Below are positions 8,917-17,950 of a stretch of DNA of 32,699 nt, one piece after another; position 1 is the first letter of the stretch; every line of letters begins with the position of its first letter. Position numbers and translations under genes: made by a program. The notes below the pieces were generated by a model that was given only the letters and a program-made list of their open reading frames with translations, did not search any database and was not told the origin of the DNA. This DNA comes from Ignavibacteriota bacterium (GTDB taxonomy: Bacteria; Bacteroidota; Ignavibacteria; UBA10030; CAVZMI01), in contig CAVZMI010000030.1 of assembly GCA_963776275.1 (NCBI GenBank), positions 1 to 32,699 on the forward strand, written 5' to 3'.

Positions 8917-11331
8917 ATGGAAAACACAAAACTATTATCAGTTATTATTCTCATTTCAATTTGTACTTCATTATTATTGGGGCAAACATTTCAAAAAGAA
9001 TCGGATGGTATAGAGTTTAATGCATCGAATAACACAAATGGAATTAAAAAACTTAAGTTAAAGGTATTGAGCGACAACATTATTCAAGTAATTGTAACAC
9101 CTTCGAGTAAGTTTTCCATGCGCGGAAGCCTGATAATTACTGAAAAGTTGTTGACATCGCCAGTTTGGAAGGTTGAAGAGAACGGTAAAAACATAGTATT
9201 GTCAACTGCATCGGTTTCAGTTCGTATTGATAAACTTACTTCGAACCTTGAGTTTATTAAAAAAGATGGACAAATGATTCTGGCTGAAAGTGATAGGATA
9301 GTTAATAAGGCTAAGGTTGTTGGTGAAAATTGTTTCAATATCAAGCAATCATTTCAATATACGTTAGGCGAAACATTATATGGTTTAGGAAGTTTCCAGG
9401 ATGCCGATATTGCTTTAAATGGTAAAAAAATAACATTATTGCAAAAAAACCGCGACGATGTTGTACCGGTTATTATTTCTACCAATCATTACGGATTGAT
9501 TTGGGATAATTATTCCTATAGCGAGTTTAACGACACAAGGTGTAACTATTACCTGTGGTCAGAAGTAGCCGATGAAATCAATTACTTTTTCATTTATGGT
9601 GAGAATATCGATACAATAATTTCTGGATACCGCAAATTAACAGGTGTTGCGCCCATGTATCCCAAATGGGTCTATGGTTATATACAATCGAAGCAAAAAT
9701 ACAATACTCAGGATGAAATAGTTTCCATAGTAAAAGGGTTTCGCGAAAGGAAGTTCCCGCTTGATGTAATTGTTCAGGATTGGCAATACTGGCCTGATAA
9801 TCAGTGGGGACAAAAATCGTTTAACCGGAAGAATTATCCGAACCCCACTAAAATGGTAAATGATATTCACGATATGAATGCAAAGGTAATTATATCAATT
9901 TGGCCCAACATGACCAAAGGAACACCCAACCAGGTTGAGCTTGCCAAAATTAACGGGTTGCTGAAAGACAAGGAACATTTGAATATACTTATGCCCGAAG
10001 CAAGGCAAATGTATTGGAAGCAGGCTGACGATAGTCTTTTTTCTACTGGTATCGATGGCTGGTGGGCCGATTGCTCGGAAGGATATGACTCCGATTGGAC
10101 TTCTCCATTTTTTAAAATGTCCAATGTAAAATCGAATGAAGTAAATTCCGGTAATTTAAAATGGCTGATGAACAGTGGGCGTTATATCAATATTTATGCG
10201 CTGATGCACACCAAAGGCTTGTACGAAGGGCAACGATCAACACCCTCTCATAAAAGGGTTTACATTCTCACGCGTTCATCTTTTGCGGGAATGCAAAAAT
10301 ACGGGGCAAGTTATTGGACTGGCGATGTATCGGCCAATTGGGAGGAATATCGTATGCAAATACCCGCAGGTTTAAATTTTTGCATGACAGGGATTCCTTA
10401 TTGGACAACCGATATAGCCGGATATTTTATCAAACACGAACCGGGTTGGTGGTTTTCAAATGGTGTATTTGAAAAAGGTCAGGAAGACGAGGGATTTAAA
10501 GAACTTTATACGCGTTGGTTTCAGTTTGCAGCATTCTGTCCATTGTTCCGTGCGCACGGAGCTGATTTTTCCCGAGAACCCTGGGCTTTTGGAACTCCCG
10601 AATCGCGGACTTATCGTACATTGCTCAAATTTACCAACCTGCGTTACAGGTTAATGCCATACATCTATTCAATGGCATGGAAGATAACCAACGAGAATTA
10701 CACCCTCATGCGCGCTTTACCATTCGATTTCATGAATGATTCTGCAACCTATAATATCAATAACCAGTACATGTTTGGTCCTTCAATTATGGTAAATCCG
10801 GTAGTTAAACCAATGTACTACCATACCAACAATGTTAAAATAGATTCATCGGATTACAAAAGTGAAGTGTATTTGCCCAAAGGCGCACAATGGTTCGATT
10901 TCTGGACAGGCAAGCAATATGATGGTGGCCAAAATATTAAAGCAGATGCATCTTTCGAAACCATGCCCTTGTTCGTTCGGGCAGGTTCAATTATCCCATT
11001 CGGGCCTTTTATTCAATATTCAACAGAAAAAACCGATCCTCTCGAAATCAGGATTTATACAGGTTCCGATGGTGAATTTAGCCTGTATGAAGATGAAAAC
11101 GATAATTACAGTTATGAAAAAGGTGTTTATTCATTAATCTCATTCAAATGGGACAATGCCCAAAAAATATTAACAATTAGTGATAGAAAAGGTGATTTTC
11201 CCAGTATGCAAAAAAATAGGACATTTAATGTCGTAATTGTGAGTGATAGTAAAGGAAAGGGTGTTGAAACTACAGAAATACCTACAACAACTATTCAGTA
11301 CGTTGGTAAAAAGATGGTTGAAATATTTTAA
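8917..11331 (+). CDS. GH31 glycoside hydrolase (alpha-xylosidase-like), cassette 7
   Basis: Signal peptide, PLDVIVQDWQYW, GWWADCSE nucleophile region, WTGDV, PYWTTDIAG, RWFQFAAFCPLFRAHG and a C-terminal LYEDENDNYSYEKG domain. Confidence 0.93.
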   Translation: MENTKLLSVIILISICTSLLLGQTFQKESDGIEFNASNNTNGIKKLKLKVLSDNIIQVIVTPSSKFSMRGSLIITEKLLTSPVWKVEENGKNIVLSTASVSVRIDKLTSNLEFIKKDGQMILAESDRIVNKAKVVGENCFNIKQSFQYTLGETLYGLGSFQDADIALNGKKITLLQKNRDDVVPVIISTNHYGLIWDNYSYSEFNDTRCNYYLWSEVADEINYFFIYGENIDTIISGYRKLTGVAPMYPKWVYGYIQSKQKYNTQDEIVSIVKGFRERKFPLDVIVQDWQYWPDNQWGQKSFNRKNYPNPTKMVNDIHDMNAKVIISIWPNMTKGTPNQVELAKINGLLKDKEHLNILMPEARQMYWKQADDSLFSTGIDGWWADCSEGYDSDWTSPFFKMSNVKSNEVNSGNLKWLMNSGRYINIYALMHTKGLYEGQRSTPSHKRVYILTRSSFAGMQKYGASYWTGDVSANWEEYRMQIPAGLNFCMTGIPYWTTDIAGYFIKHEPGWWFSNGVFEKGQEDEGFKELYTRWFQFAAFCPLFRAHGADFSREPWAFGTPESRTYRTLLKFTNLRYRLMPYIYSMAWKITNENYTLMRALPFDFMNDSATYNINNQYMFGPSIMVNPVVKPMYYHTNNVKIDSSDYKSEVYLPKGAQWFDFWTGKQYDGGQNIKADASFETMPLFVRAGSIIPFGPFIQYSTEKTDPLEIRIYTGSDGEFSLYEDENDNYSYEKGVYSLISFKWDNAQKILTISDRKGDFPSMQKNRTFNVVIVSDSKGKGVETTEIPTTTIQYVGKKMVEIF

Positions 11332-11486
11332 GCTGATAAGTTATGAAGAATAGAATAAAATGTCCGCTAACATCGGCCCATACTGAATGCAGGGTTCGGC
11401 GGTTTGTAACAGCGGAAACATTTGCAACCGCGAAAACTCTCGCTGCTATAGCAGAGAACTGTTAAATAACATTTTCACCGTTTGCG

Positions 11487-11821
11487 TTCTAACCAGCGGC
11501 TCAAGCTGACCCGACTACGTCTTGAGAAACAGACTTCCGCCTCCATCCGCCGCCGGTGGATTCCGGCGGACAGGCTCGCCTCGCTCCGCTCGGCGGAGCG
11601 GGTCGTCGAGGCCAGGCCGAACGAGCGCCCGCCTTCGTGCTTTGCACTTCGGCGAGTAAATGGGTACATTTTTCATGGCTAATAGTGGGTTATCGTACAT
11701 TAATTAGGTTTATAGTATATTCAATTTAAGTGGTAATCAATTTAGTGTTGAGAATAAACTTGTTTCGCTTGGTGCAAGTTGCGAGTAATAGTTGCCGCAG
11801 CTTAACCGCCATCCGTTATGC
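11487..11821 (+). repeat. attC site 7 (335 bp)
   Basis: TTCTAACCAGCGGCTCAAGCTGAC[insert 11511-11617]CGAACGAGC ... GCCGCAGCTTAACCGCCATCCGTTATGC. The L boxes are intact. Confidence 0.88.
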
Positions 11822-11888
11822 AATAACTTTAGATTATAGATAATTAATGATTATTTTTTTTCGAACATCTAAATGAAGGGAGGATTTA

Positions 11889-13449
11889 ATGAATCAATCC
11901 ATTACTAAAGTCGAACGTACGAAGGTTCTTCCGGTCAACCGTTATCACAAATCAGATTCCGTTCCCTTTTCGGTTTTTGACATTAATAAGGCTCCTCTGA
12001 AGGATCTTGTATCAAAATTCAAAATAAGCACTGGCGCCGCAAAGGCGGTTATATCTGCAAGGAGAAGAAATAAAATCAACGTCTCAACTGAAATCTTGAA
12101 TCTCAAAGAATTGCGGCATCGTGATTTGGAGATTTTGCGGAGATGTGGTTATGGCAAAAATAACTTGAAATTTGCTATAGCCGATGTGCAGCCCGATAGC
12201 AATTATATTTATAGTTATAGACCTTTTGCGCTTAAAATTTCTGTCTTGAATCCATCCTTAAGAAGACTATTGTTGGTATCGGCGAAAGTTTTTTGGAAAG
12301 GAAAGCCCTTTATTGTAGAAAAAGAAATTTCTCAAGCCGAAATAGAGCAGGGCAGCATATTGCTGAACTTCAATGAGAAGCAGACATTACCCCCTAGACC
12401 GGCGGCATTTCATGTCGATATATTTGATAGTGAAGGTGGGCAGAGTTCATTTAAAGTAACTTGTGTCGTCTTACCTTCCAATCCATTGTCGCTCTACCTT
12501 GCGCCGGAGATATATAAGGTGACCGGTACGTACAGTCTTAGAGGATACTATGATTCAGGGACAAATAATTTTGTCACCGTGGTGAAAATTTCAATTTTTA
12601 ACGGGAATCCTTTCAGCGTTGCCATATCACGCTACATTAAATGGGAATATTGGGACGGTGGTGTCGGTGGTTCACTCATTGAATCCAATACCCACGATCT
12701 CGGTGGTAATTTTACCATCGGTGCAAATAATACGTGGAGCATTGATCTCTATTTTACTTCACCTCCCGGAAGCGGTATCTATAATACGTATCAAAATAAA
12801 GAAGATATGACGGTAAAAATTGAGATGAACAGTACTGACGGGACCATTATTAACGATACGATTACTGCAAGGGTGATGCTTGCCTTTGGTGTCGACATCA
12901 CTAGGGTCGCAAGCGATACATTCGTCGGACAAGAATATACCGATCTCTATGATGCCGTTGATGTAACAAAAACAATTTATGAAGCCCGAGATATCACTAT
13001 CAGAGATATTGGCAGGTATTATATTACGGACAGTGATGCAGGTAGTTACAAATATATTAATTCTGATTCTGAATGTCACAATTTGTTTAATGATTGGACG
13101 TGCTACGACCCAACTGGTTTCAATATCGATGTTTTTATCGCACACGATTTTGTTGGTGTGAGCTTCGATGGACTTGCTGGTAGCATCCCCTGGACCGATG
13201 AGTGACTCGGGAAGTAATAGCGGAGTCGTGGCTGATAAAACCGGGTACGTCGATGGTTCAGGAACAAAAAGGCTCTCGGTTGATTATCTAGGAATGCTAG
13301 TCGGACATGAAGTTGGACATTACCTTGGTCTCGTTCATATCTCGGAAGCCGGGAATCTGATGCTTGCGAGCAGCGGAACAAATGATACGAACTTAAATTA
13401 CGATCAATATAGAACCATTATGGGTTATGGTCGTGTATTTATCTTTTAA
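11889..13449 (+). CDS. Multidomain protein: N-terminal ComEA-like helix-hairpin-helix, beta-rich middle, C-terminal metzincin Zn-protease; +1 frameshift at CCCC 13187-13190; cassette 8 gene 1
   Basis: FDINKAPLKDL...ISTGAAKAVISARRR follows the HhH pattern. HEVGHYLGLVH (13306-13338) plus a GNLM Met-turn. Removing one C joins the two ORFs as AGSIPGPMS (about 519 aa). GAAGGGAGG RBS. Confidence 0.75.
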
Positions 13450-13467
13450 AAAAAGGAGAATAAGCAA

Positions 13468-14115
13468 ATGGCTATACCACTTACCCCGATAGCTGGCAAA
13501 GAAGTAAAATTCATTCTTAATGAACCGGCAAAAGAAATTAAAGGTGGACTTGAAAGAGAATCTACACTTATTTCAAGAGAAAAATACAAACAGATATTAG
13601 TAAGAGAACACCTTAACAAGATATTGCTTAATCATTGCAGTAATGAAGAAATTGCAAAAATGCTAAGGCCTGAACATGAACCCATACTTCACAAAATCTG
13701 CCTTGAAAGTGTTACAACAGGCTCACATCCTATGATAAGAAAAAAAGCTATTTTGGCACTTAGACATTATTTTACAAAAGAGAGTATAAACTTACTAACA
13801 GAACTTGCCATTAGTGGTGAAGATGAATATATAAGGAGCAATGCACTAGGCTCTCTCTCTGCTTTTAAAACGGCATTTTCAGTTCCTTTGCTGATAGAAG
13901 CACTAAAAGACACTTCGGATATGGTAAAGAATTCTGCGAGGGTGGGACTTAAAAATGTTATTTTGGATACCGAAGGTAAAAATGTACTGATAGCAGCGAT
14001 GAAGAAAACAAAAAATATTCAGCTTAAAAAAGAACTGAAAGAAATAATTGAAGGAAAGATACAAAAGAGCAAAAAGCCACTATCTAAACCACGACATGCA
14101 AAAAAAGACAAGTAA
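13468..14115 (+). CDS. HEAT-repeat protein, cassette 8 gene 2
   Basis: HEAT/PBS-like repeats (IRKKAILAL, EDEYIRSNALGSL, LIEALKDTSDMVKNSARVGL). AAGGAG RBS. No attC separates it from the upstream gene. Confidence 0.82.
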   Translation: MAIPLTPIAGKEVKFILNEPAKEIKGGLERESTLISREKYKQILVREHLNKILLNHCSNEEIAKMLRPEHEPILHKICLESVTTGSHPMIRKKAILALRHYFTKESINLLTELAISGEDEYIRSNALGSLSAFKTAFSVPLLIEALKDTSDMVKNSARVGLKNVILDTEGKNVLIAAMKKTKNIQLKKELKEIIEGKIQKSKKPLSKPRHAKKDK

Positions 14116-14119
14116 TGTA

Positions 14120-14190
14120 GCCTAACAAATGCTTCCACATAACGCTCCTTTCGCCAAGTTTGATCGAGCGGGTAAAGTACGCCGTTAGGT
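14120..14190 (+). repeat. attC site 8 (71 bp, short type)
   Basis: R'' GCCTAAC 14120-14126, inner CGCTC/GAGCG stem and R' GTTAGGT 14184-14190. Confidence 0.8.
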
Positions 14191-14236
14191 AGCCAATCTA
14201 TCACAGGCTTGTCAACAGAGCGAAGAATGCGAGGAA

Positions 14237-14746
14237 ATGATGATTCACCCATTGGTTACTCAGTTGCAGTTCACCCGTAGCGAGTTCGTGCGCTGTTTTG
14301 AAGGAGTGCCTCCCGAAGATGCGTGCCGTCGCCTGGAGTCGATGAATTGTCTGAGCTGGATCGTCGGTCATCTGGCATGGCAAGAGCACTTCTTCTGGGT
14401 ACAGATGGCTCAAGGTCAGAACATTGCCTCTGGCTTGCGTCAACTCGTAGGCTTTCGCCAACCAGCCAGTACACCACCTTGGGATGAGATGTGGACTTTG
14501 TGGCACGCTATCACCAAGGCAGCCGACGTGTACCTGTACGGGCTGAAACCGGAAGAGATGAACACCCACTTCGTATGGGAAGGCAACCCCATAGCGGAGA
14601 ACGTTGGCATTTTACTCTTGAAAAATATCTATCACTACTGGTTTCATCTTGGCAAAGCCCATGCGATACGTCAGATGCTGGGACATACCGATCTGCCAGT
14701 GTATGTTGGCAATATGCCCAACGTGAGATTTGCGCTCGAGGGATAA
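14237..14746 (+). CDS. DinB/YfiT-family protein, cassette 9
   Basis: MNCLSWIVGHLAWQE and HYWFHLG His motifs typical of the DinB four-helix fold. GAGG RBS. Confidence 0.88.
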   Translation: MMIHPLVTQLQFTRSEFVRCFEGVPPEDACRRLESMNCLSWIVGHLAWQEHFFWVQMAQGQNIASGLRQLVGFRQPASTPPWDEMWTLWHAITKAADVYLYGLKPEEMNTHFVWEGNPIAENVGILLLKNIYHYWFHLGKAHAIRQMLGHTDLPVYVGNMPNVRFALEG

Positions 14747-14761
14747 TGGAGGCGATTGGCT

Positions 14762-15310
14762 GCCTAATCAGCGCATCCCCGAAAAAAGAATTTGGGGCAG
14801 GCAAGACCCGATAGATCCTACTGGACCCCACAATCCCACATATCCCACAAACAACGTGGGACCGTAAAGAACACGAAACGTGGGACGTGAAGAACACGGG
14901 AGAAGGGGATGTAATTTGCATGTCGAGTGTCGATCATCAAAAGTCATGGAGTCCCGTAGGGACGGAATCTTGGTAGAAAACGCAAAACAAAATCCATTGA
15001 GCTCCGTCAGGGGCGGAATCTTGAAATATGTACCATGCATAAAAAGATTCCACCCCTACGGGGTTATGATATTTATGTGAAAGCGAATACTACCAAGATT
15101 TCACCTCTATGAGTCGTAGACCCCATCGGGGTTTGGTAATTTCGAAGGTGTACGATATGTGATCTCTACGAACCCTTCTTATAGAACATGGAACCATATC
15201 GGGGCAGGCCGAATGAGCCCGCCAAAAGATTCCGCCAGTCCCGTACAGAGCACGGGACGTAAAGAACACGAAAACGGCGGACGCACGAAACGCGAAAGCA
15301 TGGTGGGCAA
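14762..15310 (+). repeat. Degenerate terminal attC site 9 filled with nested repeats
   Basis: Mutated R'' GCCTAAT. GATTGGCTGCCTAAT complements GTTAGGTAGCCAATC at 14184 (13/15). Family motifs CGAATGAGCCCGCC and AAGCATGG are present; no right arm or R' was found. Confidence 0.65.
14951..15113. repeat. GTAG-type REP cluster (two forward, two inverted units; REPIN-like)
   Basis: GTCCCGTAGGGACGGAATCTTGGTAG (14951), GCTCCGTCAGGGGCGGAATCTT (15001), inverted AAGATTCCACCCCTACGGGGT (15044) and inverted CTACCAAGATTTCACCTCTATGAG (15090). Confidence 0.75.
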
Positions 15311-15388
15311 TGAAAAAATATTTCCTTCCCTCATATACAGGACCCGCGAGCGAGGGATGCATCATGTAACTGCTTTCAATCCTTCATA

Positions 15389-15426
15389 TAATAACGCTTG
15401 ACATTAATAACGGGAAGTGTTATTAT
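15389..15426 (+). promoter_or_regulatory. Sigma70 promoter of higBA with overlapping palindromic operator
   Basis: TTGACA 15398-15403, 17-bp spacer, TATTAT 15421-15426. Inverted repeat TAATAAC-N7-GTTATTA at 15405-15425 and a further TAATAAC at 15389. Confidence 0.8.
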
Positions 15427-15431
15427 ACCAT

Positions 15432-15713
15432 ATGATAAAGACCTTTAAGAATAAAGAAACAGAAAAAATATATGACCGTGAGTACTCGAAGAAGTTGCCA
15501 AGCGATATTCAGAGAATCGCAATGAGAAAACTATGGATGCTTGATGCAGCCCCTGATATTTATTCTCTTCGAGTTCCTCCTGGTAATAGGCTGGAATCGT
15601 TACACGGAGCTCGCGAGGGGCAATATAGTATCAGAATAAACGATCAATGGAGAATATGTTTTCGATGGCATGATGGCAATGCCTATGACGTTGAGATAAT
15701 CGATTATCATTAA
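15432..15713 (+). CDS. higB: HigB toxin (RelE/ParE family)
   Basis: MIKTFKNKETE..., LRVPPGNRLESLHG.REGQYSIRINDQWRICFRW...VEIIDYH. The toxin precedes the antitoxin. Confidence 0.95.
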   Translation: MIKTFKNKETEKIYDREYSKKLPSDIQRIAMRKLWMLDAAPDIYSLRVPPGNRLESLHGAREGQYSIRINDQWRICFRWHDGNAYDVEIIDYH

Positions 15714-15724
15714 GGAGAGAAAAA

Positions 15725-16027
15725 ATGTCCACAAAAAAAATACAGCCGATCCATCCAGGAGAAATTCTTAAGGAAGAGTTCTTGGATCCGATGGGAATTT
15801 CTCAATATCGCCTTGCGAAAGATATCAATGTACCAGCAAGAAGGATCAACGAAATCGTCCATGGAAAACGCTCGATCTCCGCTGATACCGCATTGAGATT
15901 ATCGCGGTATTTCAAGGTGTCTCCCATCTTCTGGATTAATTTACAGGCGCATTATGATATCGAGATTGCGCGAGACAAATTATCATCAAGACTCGACAGG
16001 GAGATTAAGGTATATGCTGCCGCGTAA
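15725..16027 (+). CDS. higA: HigA antitoxin (HTH-XRE)
   Basis: PIHPGEILKEEFL, RINEIVHGKRSISADTALRL and FWINLQ motifs. Confidence 0.95.
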   Translation: MSTKKIQPIHPGEILKEEFLDPMGISQYRLAKDINVPARRINEIVHGKRSISADTALRLSRYFKVSPIFWINLQAHYDIEIARDKLSSRLDREIKVYAAA

Positions 16028-16111
16028 ACGAACGTGGTAGAAATACATTCCATCTTCGGGAATTTCTCGGCGTTTTTTGTGTTCATATATTTAGTGATTT
16101 AATCGATATCT

Positions 16112-17014
16112 ATGAATTCTAACAATACAAAAATACCTGAGATTGCACGCCGCCCACCCTGGCTGAAAGCAAAATTACCGGGCGGACAAAATTACGCTCA
16201 TCTACGTTCCATTATCGACACATATAAATTGAATACGGTATGCGAGGAAGCACGGTGTCCTAATATGGGCGAATGCTGGAACGCCGGAACCGCCACATTC
16301 ATGATTCTCGGAGATATATGCACACGAAGCTGTACGTTCTGTGCGGTGAAAACCGGACGTCCCACATTGCTCGATACCGATGAACCACGGCGTGTTGCCG
16401 AGACGATCAAATTGATGGGAATCAAGCATGCCGTAATTACATCGGTAAATAGAGACGAACTGGAGGATGGGGGGGCAAGGATTTTTGCCGAAACAATCCG
16501 CTCGGCACGGGAAATCGTGCCTGTACTCCGGATCGAAGTGCTGATCCCCGATTTCCAGGGTGATGAAGATGCCCTCAACATTGTTCTGGACGCCAAACCC
16601 GATGTTCTCAATCATAACGTCGAGACGATTTCTCGCTTGTACCCGACAGTCAGACCGCAGGCGAAGTACGATCGTTCACTCCAGCTTCTCGACCGTGCTA
16701 AACGCCGTAATGCCGTCACCAAATCAGGTGTCATGGTAGGTCTCGGAGAGGAGTTTGATGAAATTGTAGAGGTCATGAAAGAACTCAGAGAAGTAAATTG
16801 TGATATTATTACAATCGGTCAATACCTCCAGCCTACGAAGAATCATCATCCCATTATTCGTTATGTCCCCCCCGAAGAATTCCTGAAATTCCGGGAGATA
16901 GGATACTCGATGGGCTTCAAGCATGTCGAATCCGGTCCGCTTGTACGCAGCTCATACCACGCGGAACAGCAAGCTGGAGCGCATACTGCAAATATTTCCT
17001 CGGAAAATTCTTGA
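16112..17014 (+). CDS. lipA: Lipoyl synthase
   Basis: [20 protein letters not shown] and RSSYHA motifs. Confidence 0.98.
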   Translation: MNSNNTKIPEIARRPPWLKAKLPGGQNYAHLRSIIDTYKLNTVCEEARCPNMGECWNAGTATFMILGDICTRSCTFCAVKTGRPTLLDTDEPRRVAETIKLMGIKHAVITSVNRDELEDGGARIFAETIRSAREIVPVLRIEVLIPDFQGDEDALNIVLDAKPDVLNHNVETISRLYPTVRPQAKYDRSLQLLDRAKRRNAVTKSGVMVGLGEEFDEIVEVMKELREVNCDIITIGQYLQPTKNHHPIIRYVPPEEFLKFREIGYSMGFKHVESGPLVRSSYHAEQQAGAHTANISSENS

Positions 17015-17039
17015 CTCTAAGCCCAAAAAGTGCTAAATT
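17011..17039 (+). promoter_or_regulatory. Putative sigma70 promoter of the rplM operon
   Basis: TTGACT, 17-bp spacer, TAAATT with an extended TGn. Confidence 0.6.
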
Positions 17040-17089
17040 TAAAGGCTATTGAAATCTTTGTTGTAATTCATCGGAATAGAGGCCTAAAA

Positions 17090-17536
17090 GTGTTAAAAAA
17101 TGCAGGGAAAATCACACGCTTTCTGAGAGAAGAAGAGATCGCAAAGAAATGGTATGTCGTTGATGCAGAGGGGCAGATACTTGGCCGGATTGCAAGCCGG
17201 ATTGCACACCTTCTCCGCGGAAAGCATAAACCCGAGTTCACCCCCAATGCCGATGTCGGTGATTTTGTCATCGTCATTAACGCCGATAAGGTGCGCCTGA
17301 CGGGGAAGCGAGCAGAGCAAAAAGAATACTTCCACTATACCGGATACCCGGGTGGAGCGGTATTTGAATCGTTCAAAGAAGTGATTAAAACAAAACCAGA
17401 ACGCGTTGTTGAGCATGCCGTGAAGGGGATGATTCCTCATACGAAATTAGGCCGACAGATTTTCAAGAAATTGAAGGTATATGCAGGCCCATCACATCCG
17501 CATGCGGCACAGAAACCAGAACAATTTACGATTTGA
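17090..17536 (+). CDS. rplM: 50S ribosomal protein L13
   Basis: [29 protein letters not shown] and HPHAAQKP motifs. Probable GTG start at 17090 after AGAGG. Confidence 0.97.
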   Translation: MLKNAGKITRFLREEEIAKKWYVVDAEGQILGRIASRIAHLLRGKHKPEFTPNADVGDFVIVINADKVRLTGKRAEQKEYFHYTGYPGGAVFESFKEVIKTKPERVVEHAVKGMIPHTKLGRQIFKKLKVYAGPSHPHAAQKPEQFTI

Positions 17537-17547
17537 CAGGAGACTTA

Positions 17548-17934
17548 ATGCATCAGGTTATCACAGTTGGACGCCGGAAAACTTCCGTTGCGCGCGTTAA
17601 AGTAGTTCAGGGCTCAGGGACTATTATTGTGAACAATCGTTCGCTCGAAGAGTTTTTCCCTCTCGCAACGCTTCGTCAGGAAGTAACTACTCCCCTCAGA
17701 TTAACCAACACGACATCGAAGTACGATATATTTGCCAATGTCGAAGGTGGCGGATCGACAGGTCAGGCAGGGGCAGTCAGGCTCGGAATCGCTCGTGCTC
17801 TTGTGAAACTCGATGATGATCTTCGCACGTCGCTTAGAAATGCAGGACTTATCACACGCGATCCACGAATGGTAGAACGAAAGAAGTACGGTCAGAAGAA
17901 AGCCCGCAAGAGATTCCAATTCTCCAAGCGGTAA
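17548..17934 (+). CDS. rpsI: 30S ribosomal protein S9
   Basis: [20 protein letters not shown] and [12 protein letters not shown]...QFSKR motifs. Confidence 0.98.
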   Translation: MHQVITVGRRKTSVARVKVVQGSGTIIVNNRSLEEFFPLATLRQEVTTPLRLTNTTSKYDIFANVEGGGSTGQAGAVRLGIARALVKLDDDLRTSLRNAGLITRDPRMVERKKYGQKKARKRFQFSKR

Positions 17935-17950
17935 TTGTATATATAATCAA

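Larger units (their letters stand above)
1..14768 (+). mobile_element. Integron gene-cassette array (9 cassettes; integrase/attI not in window)
   Basis: Co-oriented, unrelated ORFs, each followed by RYYYAAC-like (mostly GCCTAAC) ... GTTRRRY-like boundaries with internal inverted repeats. The R' before a gene is complementary to the R'' after it: GTTAGAACGCAAA 8815 / TTTGCGTTCTAAC 11481 (13/13), GTTAGGCCGCT 6695 / AGCGGCCTAAC 8571 (11/11), GTTAGGCGGCAAAAC 1268 / GTTTTGCTGCCTAAC 1621 (14/15). Confidence 0.93.

Noticed and set aside
1-15310. CRISPR array suggested by recurring palindromic repeats
   Set aside because: The repeats are separated by whole genes or nested in each other, with no constant repeat-spacer period and no cas genes.
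1-15310. Integrase, IS transposase or group II intron within the array
   Set aside because: No ORF has tyrosine-recombinase, DDE/DEDD, HUH or reverse-transcriptase motifs. The inserts are too short to be coding.
15432-16027. higBA as a tenth cassette
   Set aside because: No R' upstream and no R''/attC downstream could be found.
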